From an uncultured SAR86 cluster bacterium (GTDB lineage: Bacteria; Pseudomonadota; Gammaproteobacteria; Magnimaribacterales; D2472), in the NCBI GenBank assembly GCA_902516285.1, contig CABXXT010000005.1, forward strand, positions 26,064 to 90,063: a stretch of DNA of 64,000 nucleotides. Reading direction: 5' to 3'. The notes under the pieces are model-generated. The model saw nothing but the letters and a program-made list of their open reading frames with translations. It was not told the origin of the DNA and searched no databases. Numbering within the stretch: position 1 is the first letter of the stretch; each line of letters begins with the position of its first letter. A program made the translations under genes and the position numbers. This document shows, one piece after another, positions 52,133 through 62,152 of this stretch.

Positions 52133-53199
52133 TTCATTGCCTTTTGAATATTTTTATTCAAAAATTTATCAGTTTTAAAAGCTTTAAAATTTTTATCAAT
52201 TAAGATTAAGTTTAATTTTCCATCCGCTACTTTTTTGTCCGAAATGAAATATTTTTTTAAATCAGAATATTTATACTTTTGATAATTCGTGTCTAACTCC
52301 AGAGATTCCAGTATCTCTAAAACTTGAGTCATCTGAGACTGGTCTATATGCCCTTCAAGCAATGAAACTTTTGAAGCAATAACCATACCAAGAGTAATTG
52401 CAGCACCGTGAGTTATATTTTTATAGTTGCTATAACCTTCAATAGCATGACCAAAAGTATGTCCAAAGTTGAGAATAGCCCTAACTCCTTGTTCCTTTTC
52501 GTCATTAGTCACAACTTGAGATTTGGTTTTTATAGACTCCTCTATAATCAATTTAAGAACTTTTTCATCTTTTGAAAGTATCTTTTTAGGATTGTCTCTT
52601 ACTATTTTCCTTAATTTGCTATTACCAATAAACGCATATTTAACTACTTCGCCAAGTCCAGATTTAAACTGATTCAAAGGCAGCGTATCTAAAAAAGAAG
52701 TAGAAATTAGAACAAATTTAGGATTATAAAAAGATCCAATGAGATTTTTACCATGTGCAGTGTTAATTGCTGTCTTCCCCCCAACTGAGGAATCGACCTG
52801 TGCCAGCAAAGTTGTAGGGATTTGTATATAGTCAATGCCTCGCAGATAAGTAGCAGCACAAAACCCCGTAACATCTCCAACAACTCCACCACCAAGAGCA
52901 ATCAAACAATCAGTTCTATCAAATTTTAAATCTATTAATTCATGAAGAATATTTTCATATGATGAGATTGACTTTGAACGCTCACCTTTTTTTAAAGTAT
53001 GAACAAAAACTTTTTTCTTTTTATCAATTAACCTGAGAATTTTTTTTAAGTGAAGTTTAGGAACTCCATCGTCAGTAATTAATAATATCTTCCTATTTTT
53101 ATTTAAATATTTATTAAGTTGAGTTTTTTGTATATTTTTACCAGTAATAAGTATTTCGTATTTTGATTTACCTTTGCCGGCATAAATACTTTTTATCAT
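52129..53199 (-). CDS. aroB: 3-dehydroquinate synthase
   Basis: 356-aa ORF with GGGVVGDVTGF and metal ligand motifs (LNFGHTFGHA.E, HGAAI). Its stop overlaps the gltB stop (TTAA). Confidence 0.93.
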   Translation of the reverse strand: MIKSIYAGKGKSKYEILITGKNIQKTQLNKYLNKNRKILLITDDGVPKLHLKKILRLIDKKKKVFVHTLKKGERSKSISSYENILHELIDLKFDRTDCLIALGGGVVGDVTGFCAATYLRGIDYIQIPTTLLAQVDSSVGGKTAINTAHGKNLIGSFYNPKFVLISTSFLDTLPLNQFKSGLGEVVKYAFIGNSKLRKIVRDNPKKILSKDEKVLKLIIEESIKTKSQVVTNDEKEQGVRAILNFGHTFGHAIEGYSNYKNITHGAAITLGMVIASKVSLLEGHIDQSQMTQVLEILESLELDTNYQKYKYSDLKKYFISDKKVADGKLNLILIDKNFKAFKTDKFLNKNIQKAMN

Positions 53200-53201
53200 T
53201 T

Positions 53202-53705
53202 CTAACCTTTTATTAACTCAATTATCTCTGCAGCAACATCTTGACTAGACTTATCTCCAGTCATAACAATATGATCAGACACATCTTCGTATAATTTCTG
53301 TCTACTGTCATGAAGTTCTTTGAGTATAGCTTCAGGATCTCCATTTTTAAGCAGTGGTCTATCTTTATCTTTTGATGTTCTTTCAACCTGAACATTTATA
53401 GGTGTTTCAAGATAAAAGACGGTGCCTCTTGATGAAAGCAGATCTCTATTTTTTTCAGACAAAATAATACCACCACCGGTCGATAAAACTATTGAGTTTT
53501 TCTCTACCATTTCTTGTAGGATCACACTTTCTCTCTTTCTGAAGCCATTTTCACCTTCAAGATCAAAAATCCAATCAATTGATGCTCCTGTTCTGTCTTC
53601 TATTTCTGCATCTGTATCAAAAAAACTCAAAAATAACTCATCAGAAATAATTTTTCCAACTGTAGATTTTCCTGACCCCATTGGCCCAACGATAAATATA
53701 TTCAT
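53202..53705 (-). CDS. aroK: shikimate kinase
   Basis: 167-aa ORF with MNIFIVGPMGSGKSTVGK and FRKRES...STGGG. Confidence 0.93.
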   Translation of the reverse strand: MNIFIVGPMGSGKSTVGKIISDELFLSFFDTDAEIEDRTGASIDWIFDLEGENGFRKRESVILQEMVEKNSIVLSTGGGIILSEKNRDLLSSRGTVFYLETPINVQVERTSKDKDRPLLKNGDPEAILKELHDSRQKLYEDVSDHIVMTGDKSSQDVAAEIIELIKG

Positions 53706-53805
53706 AAGTTATTTTATAATTTTGGATTTTAACATTTAAAGAAAGAAAAGCACTTTTTAAATTAGAAATGATTTATTCTAATTAATTAAAGATTTAAAAT
53801 TAGGT

Positions 53806-56241
53806 ATGCATAAAGTAATTAAAATATCTTTCGCTATTGGCGTTTTATCTTGCGCATCTCTAATTTTGTCTATTTTAATAAGTTTCCTTTACTTTCGTCC
53901 AACACTTCCTGAAATTAATTTGGTTGATGAATCAGAACTTCAAATTCCATTAAAAGTTTTTTCAAAAGATGGTATTTTGATAGGTGAATTTGGTGAAATA
54001 AAAAGAAGACCAACTGAATTTATAGATATTCCCCAAGAAATAAAAAATGCATTCTTAGCAGCAGAGGATGATAATTTTTTTAAGCATCAGGGTATAAGCT
54101 ATACAGGCTTAATAAGATCTTTTTTAAGATGTATCAAACCCTCTGGATGTCAAGGTGGTGGTGGCACAATTACAATGCAGGTCGTAAGAGGCTATCTTTT
54201 AACTCCTGAGCAAACGATTGTAAGAAAAATAAAAGAAATATTTTTAGCTCTTCAGCTAGAAGGTATTCTTACCAAGGAAGAAATTTTTGAGCTTTACGTA
54301 AATAAGATTTTTTTAGGAAACAGATCTTATGGTATCGAGGCTGCTGCAAATACTTACTTCAACAAAAATCTAATTGATCTTTCTATATCCGAATCAGCAA
54401 CTATTGCTGCTATGGCACAACTTCCATCACGAGTAAACCCAGTTAAAGATCCAAGAGGTACTTTGTTAAGAAGGAATTGGATTCTTTCAAGAATGTATTT
54501 ACTAAAATCTATAAATAAAAAAGAATATCTCGAGGCATTAAAGGAGGAGGTAAAAATATCAAAGAATATTGATCTTTATGAAATTGATGCTTCTCATTTA
54601 GCAGAAGTTGTAAGACAAGAAGTTGTGACAAGATATGGTTTAAGAGCATATAAGGAGGGATGGTCAGTTTATACAACTATTGATTCAGAATCACAAAAAG
54701 TTGCAAAAGATAGCTTAATGAAAAATTTATTTCTTTATAACAAAAGACATGGCTGGGCAGAACCGCAAAATTATCTTAACTTATTTACAAACTCACAAGT
54801 TTCCTTGTTAGCAAATTTAAACATAGATTTTCTTGATGCCGAAATGCAAACTTATAACGAGTTTAATCAAGATAATATCTTAACAAGATTAACTGAAGTT
54901 TTTTTCAATTATCCATATTACTCCACTCATATTAAGGCAATAGCTATTAAAGTTGATGAAGAAAAAGCATATTTTTTAGATGAGAATTTTGATATTAAAA
55001 ATATTTCTTGGACGAATGAATATAATTGGGCAAGAAAAAAAATATCAGTAAATGAAGTTGGTCCTAGGCCTCAGAATTTTAAAGACATTATTAAAGTTGG
55101 TGATTTCGTATACCTTAAAACAGATAATGAATTCTTCTTTTTAGATCAAATTCCAAGTGCAGAAGCTTGTTTGATTTCAATAGATCCAACTACTGGCTCA
55201 GTAAAATCATATATTGGTGGAAAAAATTATAATAGTAGCAAGTTTGATAGAGTACGATTATCTTACCCTCAGTCAGGTTCTAGTTTTAAGCCATTCATAT
55301 ACGCAAGTGGTCTAGCAAATGAATATAATTTATCTTCTTTAATTAATGATGCTCCTGTTGTTTTTGAAGATGAAAATCTTGAGAGTATCTGGCGTCCAAA
55401 AAATTATACTGGTGAATATTATGGTCCAATCTCCTTAAGAGATGCTCTGATTAAGTCTATAAATATAGTTTCAATTAAATTATTACGTGAGTTAGGGATA
55501 GAAAATACTCATAATTATTTGGAAAAATTTGGATTCGAAAAATCAAGATTACCCAAGGACTTATCTTTGGCGCTTGGATCGGGTAACTTCTCTCCAGTTG
55601 AGATGGTAAGAGCTTTTTCAGTAATTGCAAACAATGGTAAAACGACTGATATTCATTATATAAACAGCATTAAAGACAGATTTGGAAAAAATATCTTTAT
55701 TCATAAGGAGTATGAAGAACAAATTAACATAAAAAATATTATTGCATTTCCATGGCTTGATACAACAGAAATGAATGTTAAAAAGCCTTATAACCTTTTA
55801 AAGCAACAAAATATAAATGAAAAGGTAATTGATGAAAGAATTGCATATTTAATAAAGGATACTTTAAGAGGGTTTATGAAAAATGGCGTTGCTGGTAGAA
55901 AATCTGCTTATTTAAAAAGAGATGACATTGGAGGTAAAACTGGAACCACAAATGATTCTATTAGCACATGGTTTTCAGGATTTCATGACGATCTGGTTAC
56001 TACTATATGGGTTGGCAACGATGATTTTACTTCTTTAGGTGAAAATGAATATGGATCAACCATTGCAATGCCAATTTGGTTAGATTATATGAATTTTGAA
56101 CTTAAGTCCTTACCAGTTAGTAAAAAGAAAATCCCAGAAAATATATCATTTGTAAGAGTTAATAAATCAACGGGTAGAATTGATGAAGATTCAAATGATA
56201 ATATTTATTTTGAGTTATTCTTAGAAGAAAATATTAATTAG
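53806..56241 (+). CDS. mrcA: penicillin-binding protein 1A (bifunctional glycosyltransferase/transpeptidase)
   Basis: 811-aa ORF with GT51 motifs (AAEDDNFFKHQGI, GGGTITMQ, RKIKE) and transpeptidase motifs (SSFKP, SIN, KTGTTN). Confidence 0.93.
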   Translation: MHKVIKISFAIGVLSCASLILSILISFLYFRPTLPEINLVDESELQIPLKVFSKDGILIGEFGEIKRRPTEFIDIPQEIKNAFLAAEDDNFFKHQGISYTGLIRSFLRCIKPSGCQGGGGTITMQVVRGYLLTPEQTIVRKIKEIFLALQLEGILTKEEIFELYVNKIFLGNRSYGIEAAANTYFNKNLIDLSISESATIAAMAQLPSRVNPVKDPRGTLLRRNWILSRMYLLKSINKKEYLEALKEEVKISKNIDLYEIDASHLAEVVRQEVVTRYGLRAYKEGWSVYTTIDSESQKVAKDSLMKNLFLYNKRHGWAEPQNYLNLFTNSQVSLLANLNIDFLDAEMQTYNEFNQDNILTRLTEVFFNYPYYSTHIKAIAIKVDEEKAYFLDENFDIKNISWTNEYNWARKKISVNEVGPRPQNFKDIIKVGDFVYLKTDNEFFFLDQIPSAEACLISIDPTTGSVKSYIGGKNYNSSKFDRVRLSYPQSGSSFKPFIYASGLANEYNLSSLINDAPVVFEDENLESIWRPKNYTGEYYGPISLRDALIKSINIVSIKLLRELGIENTHNYLEKFGFEKSRLPKDLSLALGSGNFSPVEMVRAFSVIANNGKTTDIHYINSIKDRFGKNIFIHKEYEEQINIKNIIAFPWLDTTEMNVKKPYNLLKQQNINEKVIDERIAYLIKDTLRGFMKNGVAGRKSAYLKRDDIGGKTGTTNDSISTWFSGFHDDLVTTIWVGNDDFTSLGENEYGSTIAMPIWLDYMNFELKSLPVSKKKIPENISFVRVNKSTGRIDEDSNDNIYFELFLEENIN

Positions 56242-56807
56242 TTTTTAAAAATACAAATTGATGTAAGTTGCCATAAATTATCAACATAAGTGGATGGTGA
56301 ATCTTTAAATTTGGATCTAATATATCTTCCGATACTTCCCTCAAGAACAGTTACTATAACTTGAGCAGACAGTCCAGCCTGCGAAATTAAGTTATCAGAA
56401 TCTTCTTTTAAAATTTGTCTTATTACTAGCTCTAATCTCTCATAAAATTGATTTACATCCTCGCTTACATTTTGTTCACCTGATGAAAGAGCCTCTCTTG
56501 ATAAAAGTCGGGCAAAGCCTTTATTTTTCTCGATAAATATTACAAAAAAAACGAATATATTTTTAATTTTCTCATTTGTTGAGATATCACTTTTTTTTAG
56601 TTCATTACATTTTTGAAAAATCGCATTATCACAAAAAGAAAACAATTCTGCATAAATTGAGCGTTTGCTTGGAAAATGTCTGTAAAGCGCTGCTTCGGTA
56701 ATACCAGATTTTTTTGCAAGTAAGGCTGTTGTTACTTTAGATAAATTTTTTTCTTCAAGCATACTTGCTAGTGATTGCAAGATTATATTTTTTCTATCTT
56801 TAGCCAT
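56238..56807 (-). CDS. slmA: TetR-family nucleoid occlusion factor SlmA
   Basis: 189-aa ORF collinear by eye with E. coli SlmA (ILQSLASMLE...VTTALLAKKSGITEAALYRHFPSK). Confidence 0.75.
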   Translation of the reverse strand: MAKDRKNIILQSLASMLEEKNLSKVTTALLAKKSGITEAALYRHFPSKRSIYAELFSFCDNAIFQKCNELKKSDISTNEKIKNIFVFFVIFIEKNKGFARLLSREALSSGEQNVSEDVNQFYERLELVIRQILKEDSDNLISQAGLSAQVIVTVLEGSIGRYIRSKFKDSPSTYVDNLWQLTSICIFKN

Positions 56808-56810
56808 TTC

Positions 56811-58175
56811 TTATAAATTTATATCAATATCAGGACAAATGCGAGAAAGTTCATCCAGAAAGCTTTTTTTAATATTATCAAGATCCTCTTGAGAGTCTCC
56901 CTCAAATCTTAAAACTAGTTTAGGAGTTGTGTTTGATGCTCTCAGCAAAGCCCAACCATTTTCAAAATTAACTCGCAATCCATCTATGACAACTTTTTCA
57001 CCACTTAACGAAAAATTTTTTGAGAACTCTTCGACAATTTCGAATTTTCTGTCATCAGTTGTATTAATATTTAATTCAGGCGTAGAGAAAAATTTCCCAT
57101 AACTGTGGCTAATCTCTGAAATGCTTTTATCATTTTTTGATATTAGTTCAATTATTCTTGCACCTGAATAATGTCCATCATCAAATCCATACCATTTATC
57201 ATTAAAAAATATATGTCCACTCATTTCACCTGCCAGCAAAGGATTGTATTTTTTAATAGCATTTTTTATATGAAAGTGTCCTGTGGGAGACATAATAGGA
57301 TCACCACCATTTTTTTTAATTATTTTAGGTAGCGAATTTGAGCATTTCACATCGAAGATTATTGAACCTTTTTTTGAAAATAAAATATCTTCACTTAACA
57401 TCATTAAGATTTTATCTGGAAATACAATTTCACCTTCATTAGTCACTAACCCAACTCTATCTCCATCTCCATCAAATGCTAGTCCTAATTCAGCATTAGT
57501 TTTTTTTACTTCATCAATGAGATGATACAGATTTTCAATCTTACCAGGATCAGGATGATGATTTGGAAAATTTCCATCCACATCACTAAAAATCTCAATG
57601 ACATCACAACCCAACTCTTTGTACAATTTTGGAGCTATACATCCTGCTGCACCGTTGCCACAATCAATAACAATTTTAGTTCCTTTTTTAATAGTAAGAT
57701 TTTTTTTTACCTCTTTAATGTATTCATCTTTAATATCTACATTGACTATTTCATTTAAAAAAGGATTTTCAACAACTTTATTATTTTCTATAAGGTCTAA
57801 AATATCACTACCAGAAATAGGTTTATCATCTATTACTAGCTTTATGCCGTTATATTCTTTTGGATTATGACTTCCAGTGATCATTACACCACTTTTGAAT
57901 TTATTTTTTTTTGCAGCAAAGTACAAAAGAGGCGAGGTTACAAGCCCCAAATTAATAACTTTGATACCAAACAATGATAATGTTTGTGATAATTTACTTA
58001 ATAAACTTTCTCCTGAGAGTCTTCCATCTCTTCCAACACAAATCTCAGTAATATTCTTCTCTTTACATTTATAAGAAATCGCTTTTGCAATAAGACTAAC
58101 TATACTTTCATTAATTTCTTCAGGATAAATTCCTCTTATATCATATTCTCTGAAAATTGATTTTGTAATTTCCAT
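56811..58175 (-). CDS. phosphomannomutase/phosphoglucomutase (AlgC/ManB type)
   Basis: 454-aa ORF with an active-site Ser loop (TGSHNPKEYNG), a Mg site (FDGDGDR) and GEMSGH. Confidence 0.9.
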   Translation of the reverse strand: MEITKSIFREYDIRGIYPEEINESIVSLIAKAISYKCKEKNITEICVGRDGRLSGESLLSKLSQTLSLFGIKVINLGLVTSPLLYFAAKKNKFKSGVMITGSHNPKEYNGIKLVIDDKPISGSDILDLIENNKVVENPFLNEIVNVDIKDEYIKEVKKNLTIKKGTKIVIDCGNGAAGCIAPKLYKELGCDVIEIFSDVDGNFPNHHPDPGKIENLYHLIDEVKKTNAELGLAFDGDGDRVGLVTNEGEIVFPDKILMMLSEDILFSKKGSIIFDVKCSNSLPKIIKKNGGDPIMSPTGHFHIKNAIKKYNPLLAGEMSGHIFFNDKWYGFDDGHYSGARIIELISKNDKSISEISHSYGKFFSTPELNINTTDDRKFEIVEEFSKNFSLSGEKVVIDGLRVNFENGWALLRASNTTPKLVLRFEGDSQEDLDNIKKSFLDELSRICPDIDINL

Positions 58176-58237
58176 TTTTTTCTTTTGTTATATCATTGAT
58201 TTTGCAATAATAAGCAATCTCAATTATATCTTGAAAA

Positions 58238-59161
58238 GTGTTTATAAATACTAAAAACAAATTAATATGGAAAAATGGATCATTTGAAAAATGGGATGAC
58301 TCAAATGTTCATGTTCTATCACATACTTTGCATTATGGTACAGGAGTCTTTGAGGGTGTAAGAGCCTATAACACTTCAAGTGGCCCAGCGATTTTTAGAT
58401 TAAATGATCATACAAATAGACTATTTAGTGCAGCAGATAAGATAAGCATTAAAATACCTTTCTCCGAAGATCAATTAAATAAAGCTCAATGCGATGCATT
58501 TAATATCAACAAACTTAGCGAAGGTTATATAAGGCCAATTGTTTATCTTGGAAATGAGGGACTTGGTTTGCGCGCAAGAGATTTAAGTGTGAATGTAGCA
58601 GTTGCTGCTTGGGAATGGCCATCATACATGGACCCAAAAGCAAAAGAATCTGGAATATCAGTAATAAAATCTTCATATCAGCAATATGAAAATCCATTAC
58701 ATTCTGGAAACAAAATTATTGGTACATACTTTAGTAATACAATGGCACTTCATGAAGCTCAGGATTGTGGGGCTGATGAAGCATTAATGATGGATAAAAA
58801 CGGATTTATTTCAGAAGGTAGTGGAGAAAATATATTTATAGTTAAAGATAGTAAAATTTATACACCAACAACAAACCACTGTCTAAATGGAATAACGAGA
58901 CAGTCCATTATTGAGATTGCTAAAGAAAGCGCCATAGAAGTAATAGAAAAGGATATTGAGTATGATGAACTCGCAAATGCTGACGAGGCATTTTTTACAG
59001 GTACCGCAGTAGAAATTACTCCTATTACTAAATTAGACAATAAGCTTATTAGTAGTGGCAAAAGAGGTAATATCACCTATGATCTTCAAAAGAGGTTTGA
59101 GGATATAATCTCTGGAAAAGATAATAAATTCAAACATTGGCTAACCTTCACCAAAAAATAA
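58238..59161 (+). CDS. ilvE: branched-chain amino acid aminotransferase
   Basis: 307-aa ORF with a GTG start, collinear with E. coli IlvE (VHVLSHTLHYGTGVFEGVRAY, YIRP, EGSGENIF, GITR, TGTAVEITP). Confidence 0.92.
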   Translation: MFINTKNKLIWKNGSFEKWDDSNVHVLSHTLHYGTGVFEGVRAYNTSSGPAIFRLNDHTNRLFSAADKISIKIPFSEDQLNKAQCDAFNINKLSEGYIRPIVYLGNEGLGLRARDLSVNVAVAAWEWPSYMDPKAKESGISVIKSSYQQYENPLHSGNKIIGTYFSNTMALHEAQDCGADEALMMDKNGFISEGSGENIFIVKDSKIYTPTTNHCLNGITRQSIIEIAKESAIEVIEKDIEYDELANADEAFFTGTAVEITPITKLDNKLISSGKRGNITYDLQKRFEDIISGKDNKFKHWLTFTKK

Positions 59162-59164
59162 AAT

Positions 59165-60412
59165 TTGCAAAAATTAAATATAGCAATTTTAAGTTATAGA
59201 AGTGCTCGTTTTGGTGGCGGACAAGGCGTTTATATAAGAGATATTTCATTTGCATTAAGCCTTATGGGACACAGAGTAGATGTAATATCTGGGCCACCTT
59301 ATCCCGAATTGCATGATGGAATAAAGTTAATAGAGTTGCCAGGTTTAAACCTATTTGAAACCTTTTCTTTTAGAGACAGATTAAACAAATTTATAAAAAA
59401 GAAGAGCAAAACTAATGATGATTATTATGAATTTTTTTCCACATTAATTGGTGGATTTCCTGAACTTAGGACTTTTGGAAATAGAGCAAATAAATTTTTA
59501 AATTCAAATAAAGATTATGACATTATCATAGATAATCAATCTATTAGTTATGGAATGATTGAGATACAGAAAAGGTTTCCACTTGTTGAAATAATTCATC
59601 ATCCCATCACTTTTGATTTTAAGTTTGAGTTAGCTTCTACCAAAAAAATTAAGTATAAGATTTCAAGATATCTGTGGTATTCATTTTTGATAATGCAAAA
59701 AAAGGTTGCTCCAAAACTTGAAACAATAGTTACGCCCTCCAAGAGTTCAAAAAATGGAATAGTTGCTGAATTTAATTGTAAAAGCTCAAATATTACTGTC
59801 ATTAATAATGGTTTAGATTATGAAGAATTTGCACCAATTTCAAATATTGAGAGAAATAAAAATAGATTGATCACAACTGCTAGCGCGGATGTTGCATTAA
59901 AGGGACTGGATTTCTCATTGAAGGCACTTAAACTTTTGAAAAAAAATAATCCTAAAATTCACTTGATCATAATAGGAGCCCCTAAAAAGAATGGACATAC
60001 AGAAAAATTAATAAAAAAATTGAATATTGAAGATAATGTTATTTTTAAAAAAAATATTTCCAAAGAAAAAATTAAAGAATTATATTCAACAAGTTCAATT
60101 GCAATTGTTTCATCTTTATATGAAGGATTTGGTTATCCTGTTATTGAAGCAATGAGTTGTGAAGTTCCTTTAATTGCTACAAACATTTCTTCAATACCGG
60201 AATTGGTGAGGAGCTATGGGATTCTTATTGATCCAAAAGATGAAAAAAAGTTAAGTTTCAATATTGAAAAAGTTTTAAATAATTATGATGATTATAAAGA
60301 TAATGCAATTAAAGGAAGACAACACGTCATTGAGACATTTAATTGGTCTAAAATAACAGCTGAATACGAAAAAATCTTATATAAAACAATTGAAAAATTT
60401 AAAAAATGCTAA
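59165..60412 (+). CDS. GT4-family (GT-B fold) glycosyltransferase
   Basis: 415-aa ORF with a TTG start. The N-terminus is IAILSYRSARFGGGQGVY and the C-terminus carries the EX7E-type motif (SSLYEGFGYPVIEAMSCEVPLIAT). Confidence 0.8.
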   Translation: MQKLNIAILSYRSARFGGGQGVYIRDISFALSLMGHRVDVISGPPYPELHDGIKLIELPGLNLFETFSFRDRLNKFIKKKSKTNDDYYEFFSTLIGGFPELRTFGNRANKFLNSNKDYDIIIDNQSISYGMIEIQKRFPLVEIIHHPITFDFKFELASTKKIKYKISRYLWYSFLIMQKKVAPKLETIVTPSKSSKNGIVAEFNCKSSNITVINNGLDYEEFAPISNIERNKNRLITTASADVALKGLDFSLKALKLLKKNNPKIHLIIIGAPKKNGHTEKLIKKLNIEDNVIFKKNISKEKIKELYSTSSIAIVSSLYEGFGYPVIEAMSCEVPLIATNISSIPELVRSYGILIDPKDEKKLSFNIEKVLNNYDDYKDNAIKGRQHVIETFNWSKITAEYEKILYKTIEKFKKC

Positions 60413-61110
60413 CTTTTAATTTCACAAAACATAAGATCAATGAAGAAGATGGTCTTATGTTAGATGTTGGTTGTGGAGAGGGCAGACACATATTTGGAGT
60501 AATGCAGTCCTATCCAAATATGAAATGTATTGGGATTGATCCTCATAAGGAATCTTTACAAAAAGCTGAAGAGGGCTATGAATATTTTGAATCAATATCC
60601 AATGCTGGGGCTGATTTTATGGAAGCTTCTGCATATTCTCTTCCTTTTGATGATAATACTTTTGACTTAGTTGTATGCTCGGAAGTTCTTGAACACCTTC
60701 ATGAATATAATGATGCTATCAAAGAGGTGCATAGAGTTTTAAAGAAAGGAGGAAAATTTTATACAAGTGTTCCTGCTTCATGGCCTGAAAAAATTTGTTG
60801 GGCTTTGTCAAAAGATTATCAAAATCAACCTGGTGGCCATCTCAGAATTTTTAATCAAAAAAATCTTGTTAAAGAAATTGAAATGCAAGGTTTCAAGCTC
60901 CTATCTAAAGAAAAATTTCATTCAATACATGCTCCTTATTGGTGGCTGAGATGCATGTTTTGGAAAACTCAAGAGACGAACTTCCTCATTAAAGGATATA
61001 AAAAAGTTCTTGAGAAACATATTTTAGAAAAACCAAAGATTTTGGATCTTATTGATAAAGGACTTAATCCAATACTGGGCAAAAGTTTTTCAATGTATTT
61101 TGAAAAATAA
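60406..61110 (+). CDS. class I SAM-dependent methyltransferase (Methyltransf_11-like)
   Basis: 234-aa ORF with motif I LDVGCGEGRH, post-I IGIDP and VVCSEVLEHL. Confidence 0.8.
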   Translation: MLTFNFTKHKINEEDGLMLDVGCGEGRHIFGVMQSYPNMKCIGIDPHKESLQKAEEGYEYFESISNAGADFMEASAYSLPFDDNTFDLVVCSEVLEHLHEYNDAIKEVHRVLKKGGKFYTSVPASWPEKICWALSKDYQNQPGGHLRIFNQKNLVKEIEMQGFKLLSKEKFHSIHAPYWWLRCMFWKTQETNFLIKGYKKVLEKHILEKPKILDLIDKGLNPILGKSFSMYFEK

Positions 61111-61114
61111 AAAA

Positions 61115-62152
61115 ATGTATAAGCCTCAACAAAAGTTTAGGGATAAAAACCTAATAAAAAAAGATATTTTTATTAAACTTGCTGAATCAATTAAAAATGT
61201 TCAACTAAACTCAGGAGCAATTCCATCGAATATAGATTCATCTCATGACCCCTGGGATCATATTGAAGCAATAATGGGACTCAACTTCTTACATGATAAA
61301 AAGTCTGCTGAACTAGGATTGAACTGGCTTAAGAATAATCAAAATAATGACGGTAGCTGGTATGCAAAATATTACGATGAAAAACCAATAGAATTCAATA
61401 AACCAACTCATTTTGGACCATATATTTCTGTTGCAGCACTTCACTATTTTAAAATTTTTTCTGACAAAGAAAAGCTCGAAGAACTCTGGAATACTATAAG
61501 TTCTGCTATTGATTTTTCTATAAATCTTCAGAACTCTAATGGGACTATTCCATGGTCAGTAGATCATAAAAATAATATAGAATATGATTATCTGCTCACC
61601 GGTTCATCATCAATTTTAAAAAGTATTGAGTGTGGAATTAAAATTTCAAAAATTTTGAATAAAGAAATTAATGAAAAATGGATGAAAGCTTATGAGGCTC
61701 TTTCATATACTGTCCAAAATCCTAATGATCTTTTTGATAAAACCACAGATAGATCTAGGTTTTCTATGGATAGTTATTATCCAATTATTTCAGGTGTCCT
61801 TTCAGAAACTCAGAAAGACTATTACATAAAAAAAGTATTTAAAGATTTTTATGTTACGGGCATTGGAGTTAAATGTGTTGTTGAGGAGCCATGGATAACT
61901 GTTGCTGAAACAGCAGAATTTATTATCGCATTAATGATATCCAACAGAATAGAAGATGCTAAAAAGATTTTAATAGAAGTCATGAACATCACAGATTCAA
62001 AAAATATACCTTATATGGGTTGGCAATATGAAGAAAATATTTTTTGGCCAGAAGAAAAACCTAGCTGGACTGCAGCTGCTTTAATTTTAGCCGCTGACAC
62101 TATTTTTGAATTTACTGCAGGCTCAGATCTTTTTACAGAGAGTCAATTATGA
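61115..62152 (+). CDS. alpha/alpha-toroid protein (prenyltransferase / terpene-cyclase-repeat-like), function unknown
   Basis: The ATG at 61115 (MYKPQQ...) is preferred to the track start at 61052, which overlaps the methyltransferase. It has repeated Trp/Gly-rich turns (SGAIPS...DPWDH, NNDGSWYAKYY, SNGTIPWS). Confidence 0.5.
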   Translation: MYKPQQKFRDKNLIKKDIFIKLAESIKNVQLNSGAIPSNIDSSHDPWDHIEAIMGLNFLHDKKSAELGLNWLKNNQNNDGSWYAKYYDEKPIEFNKPTHFGPYISVAALHYFKIFSDKEKLEELWNTISSAIDFSINLQNSNGTIPWSVDHKNNIEYDYLLTGSSSILKSIECGIKISKILNKEINEKWMKAYEALSYTVQNPNDLFDKTTDRSRFSMDSYYPIISGVLSETQKDYYIKKVFKDFYVTGIGVKCVVEEPWITVAETAEFIIALMISNRIEDAKKILIEVMNITDSKNIPYMGWQYEENIFWPEEKPSWTAAALILAADTIFEFTAGSDLFTESQL

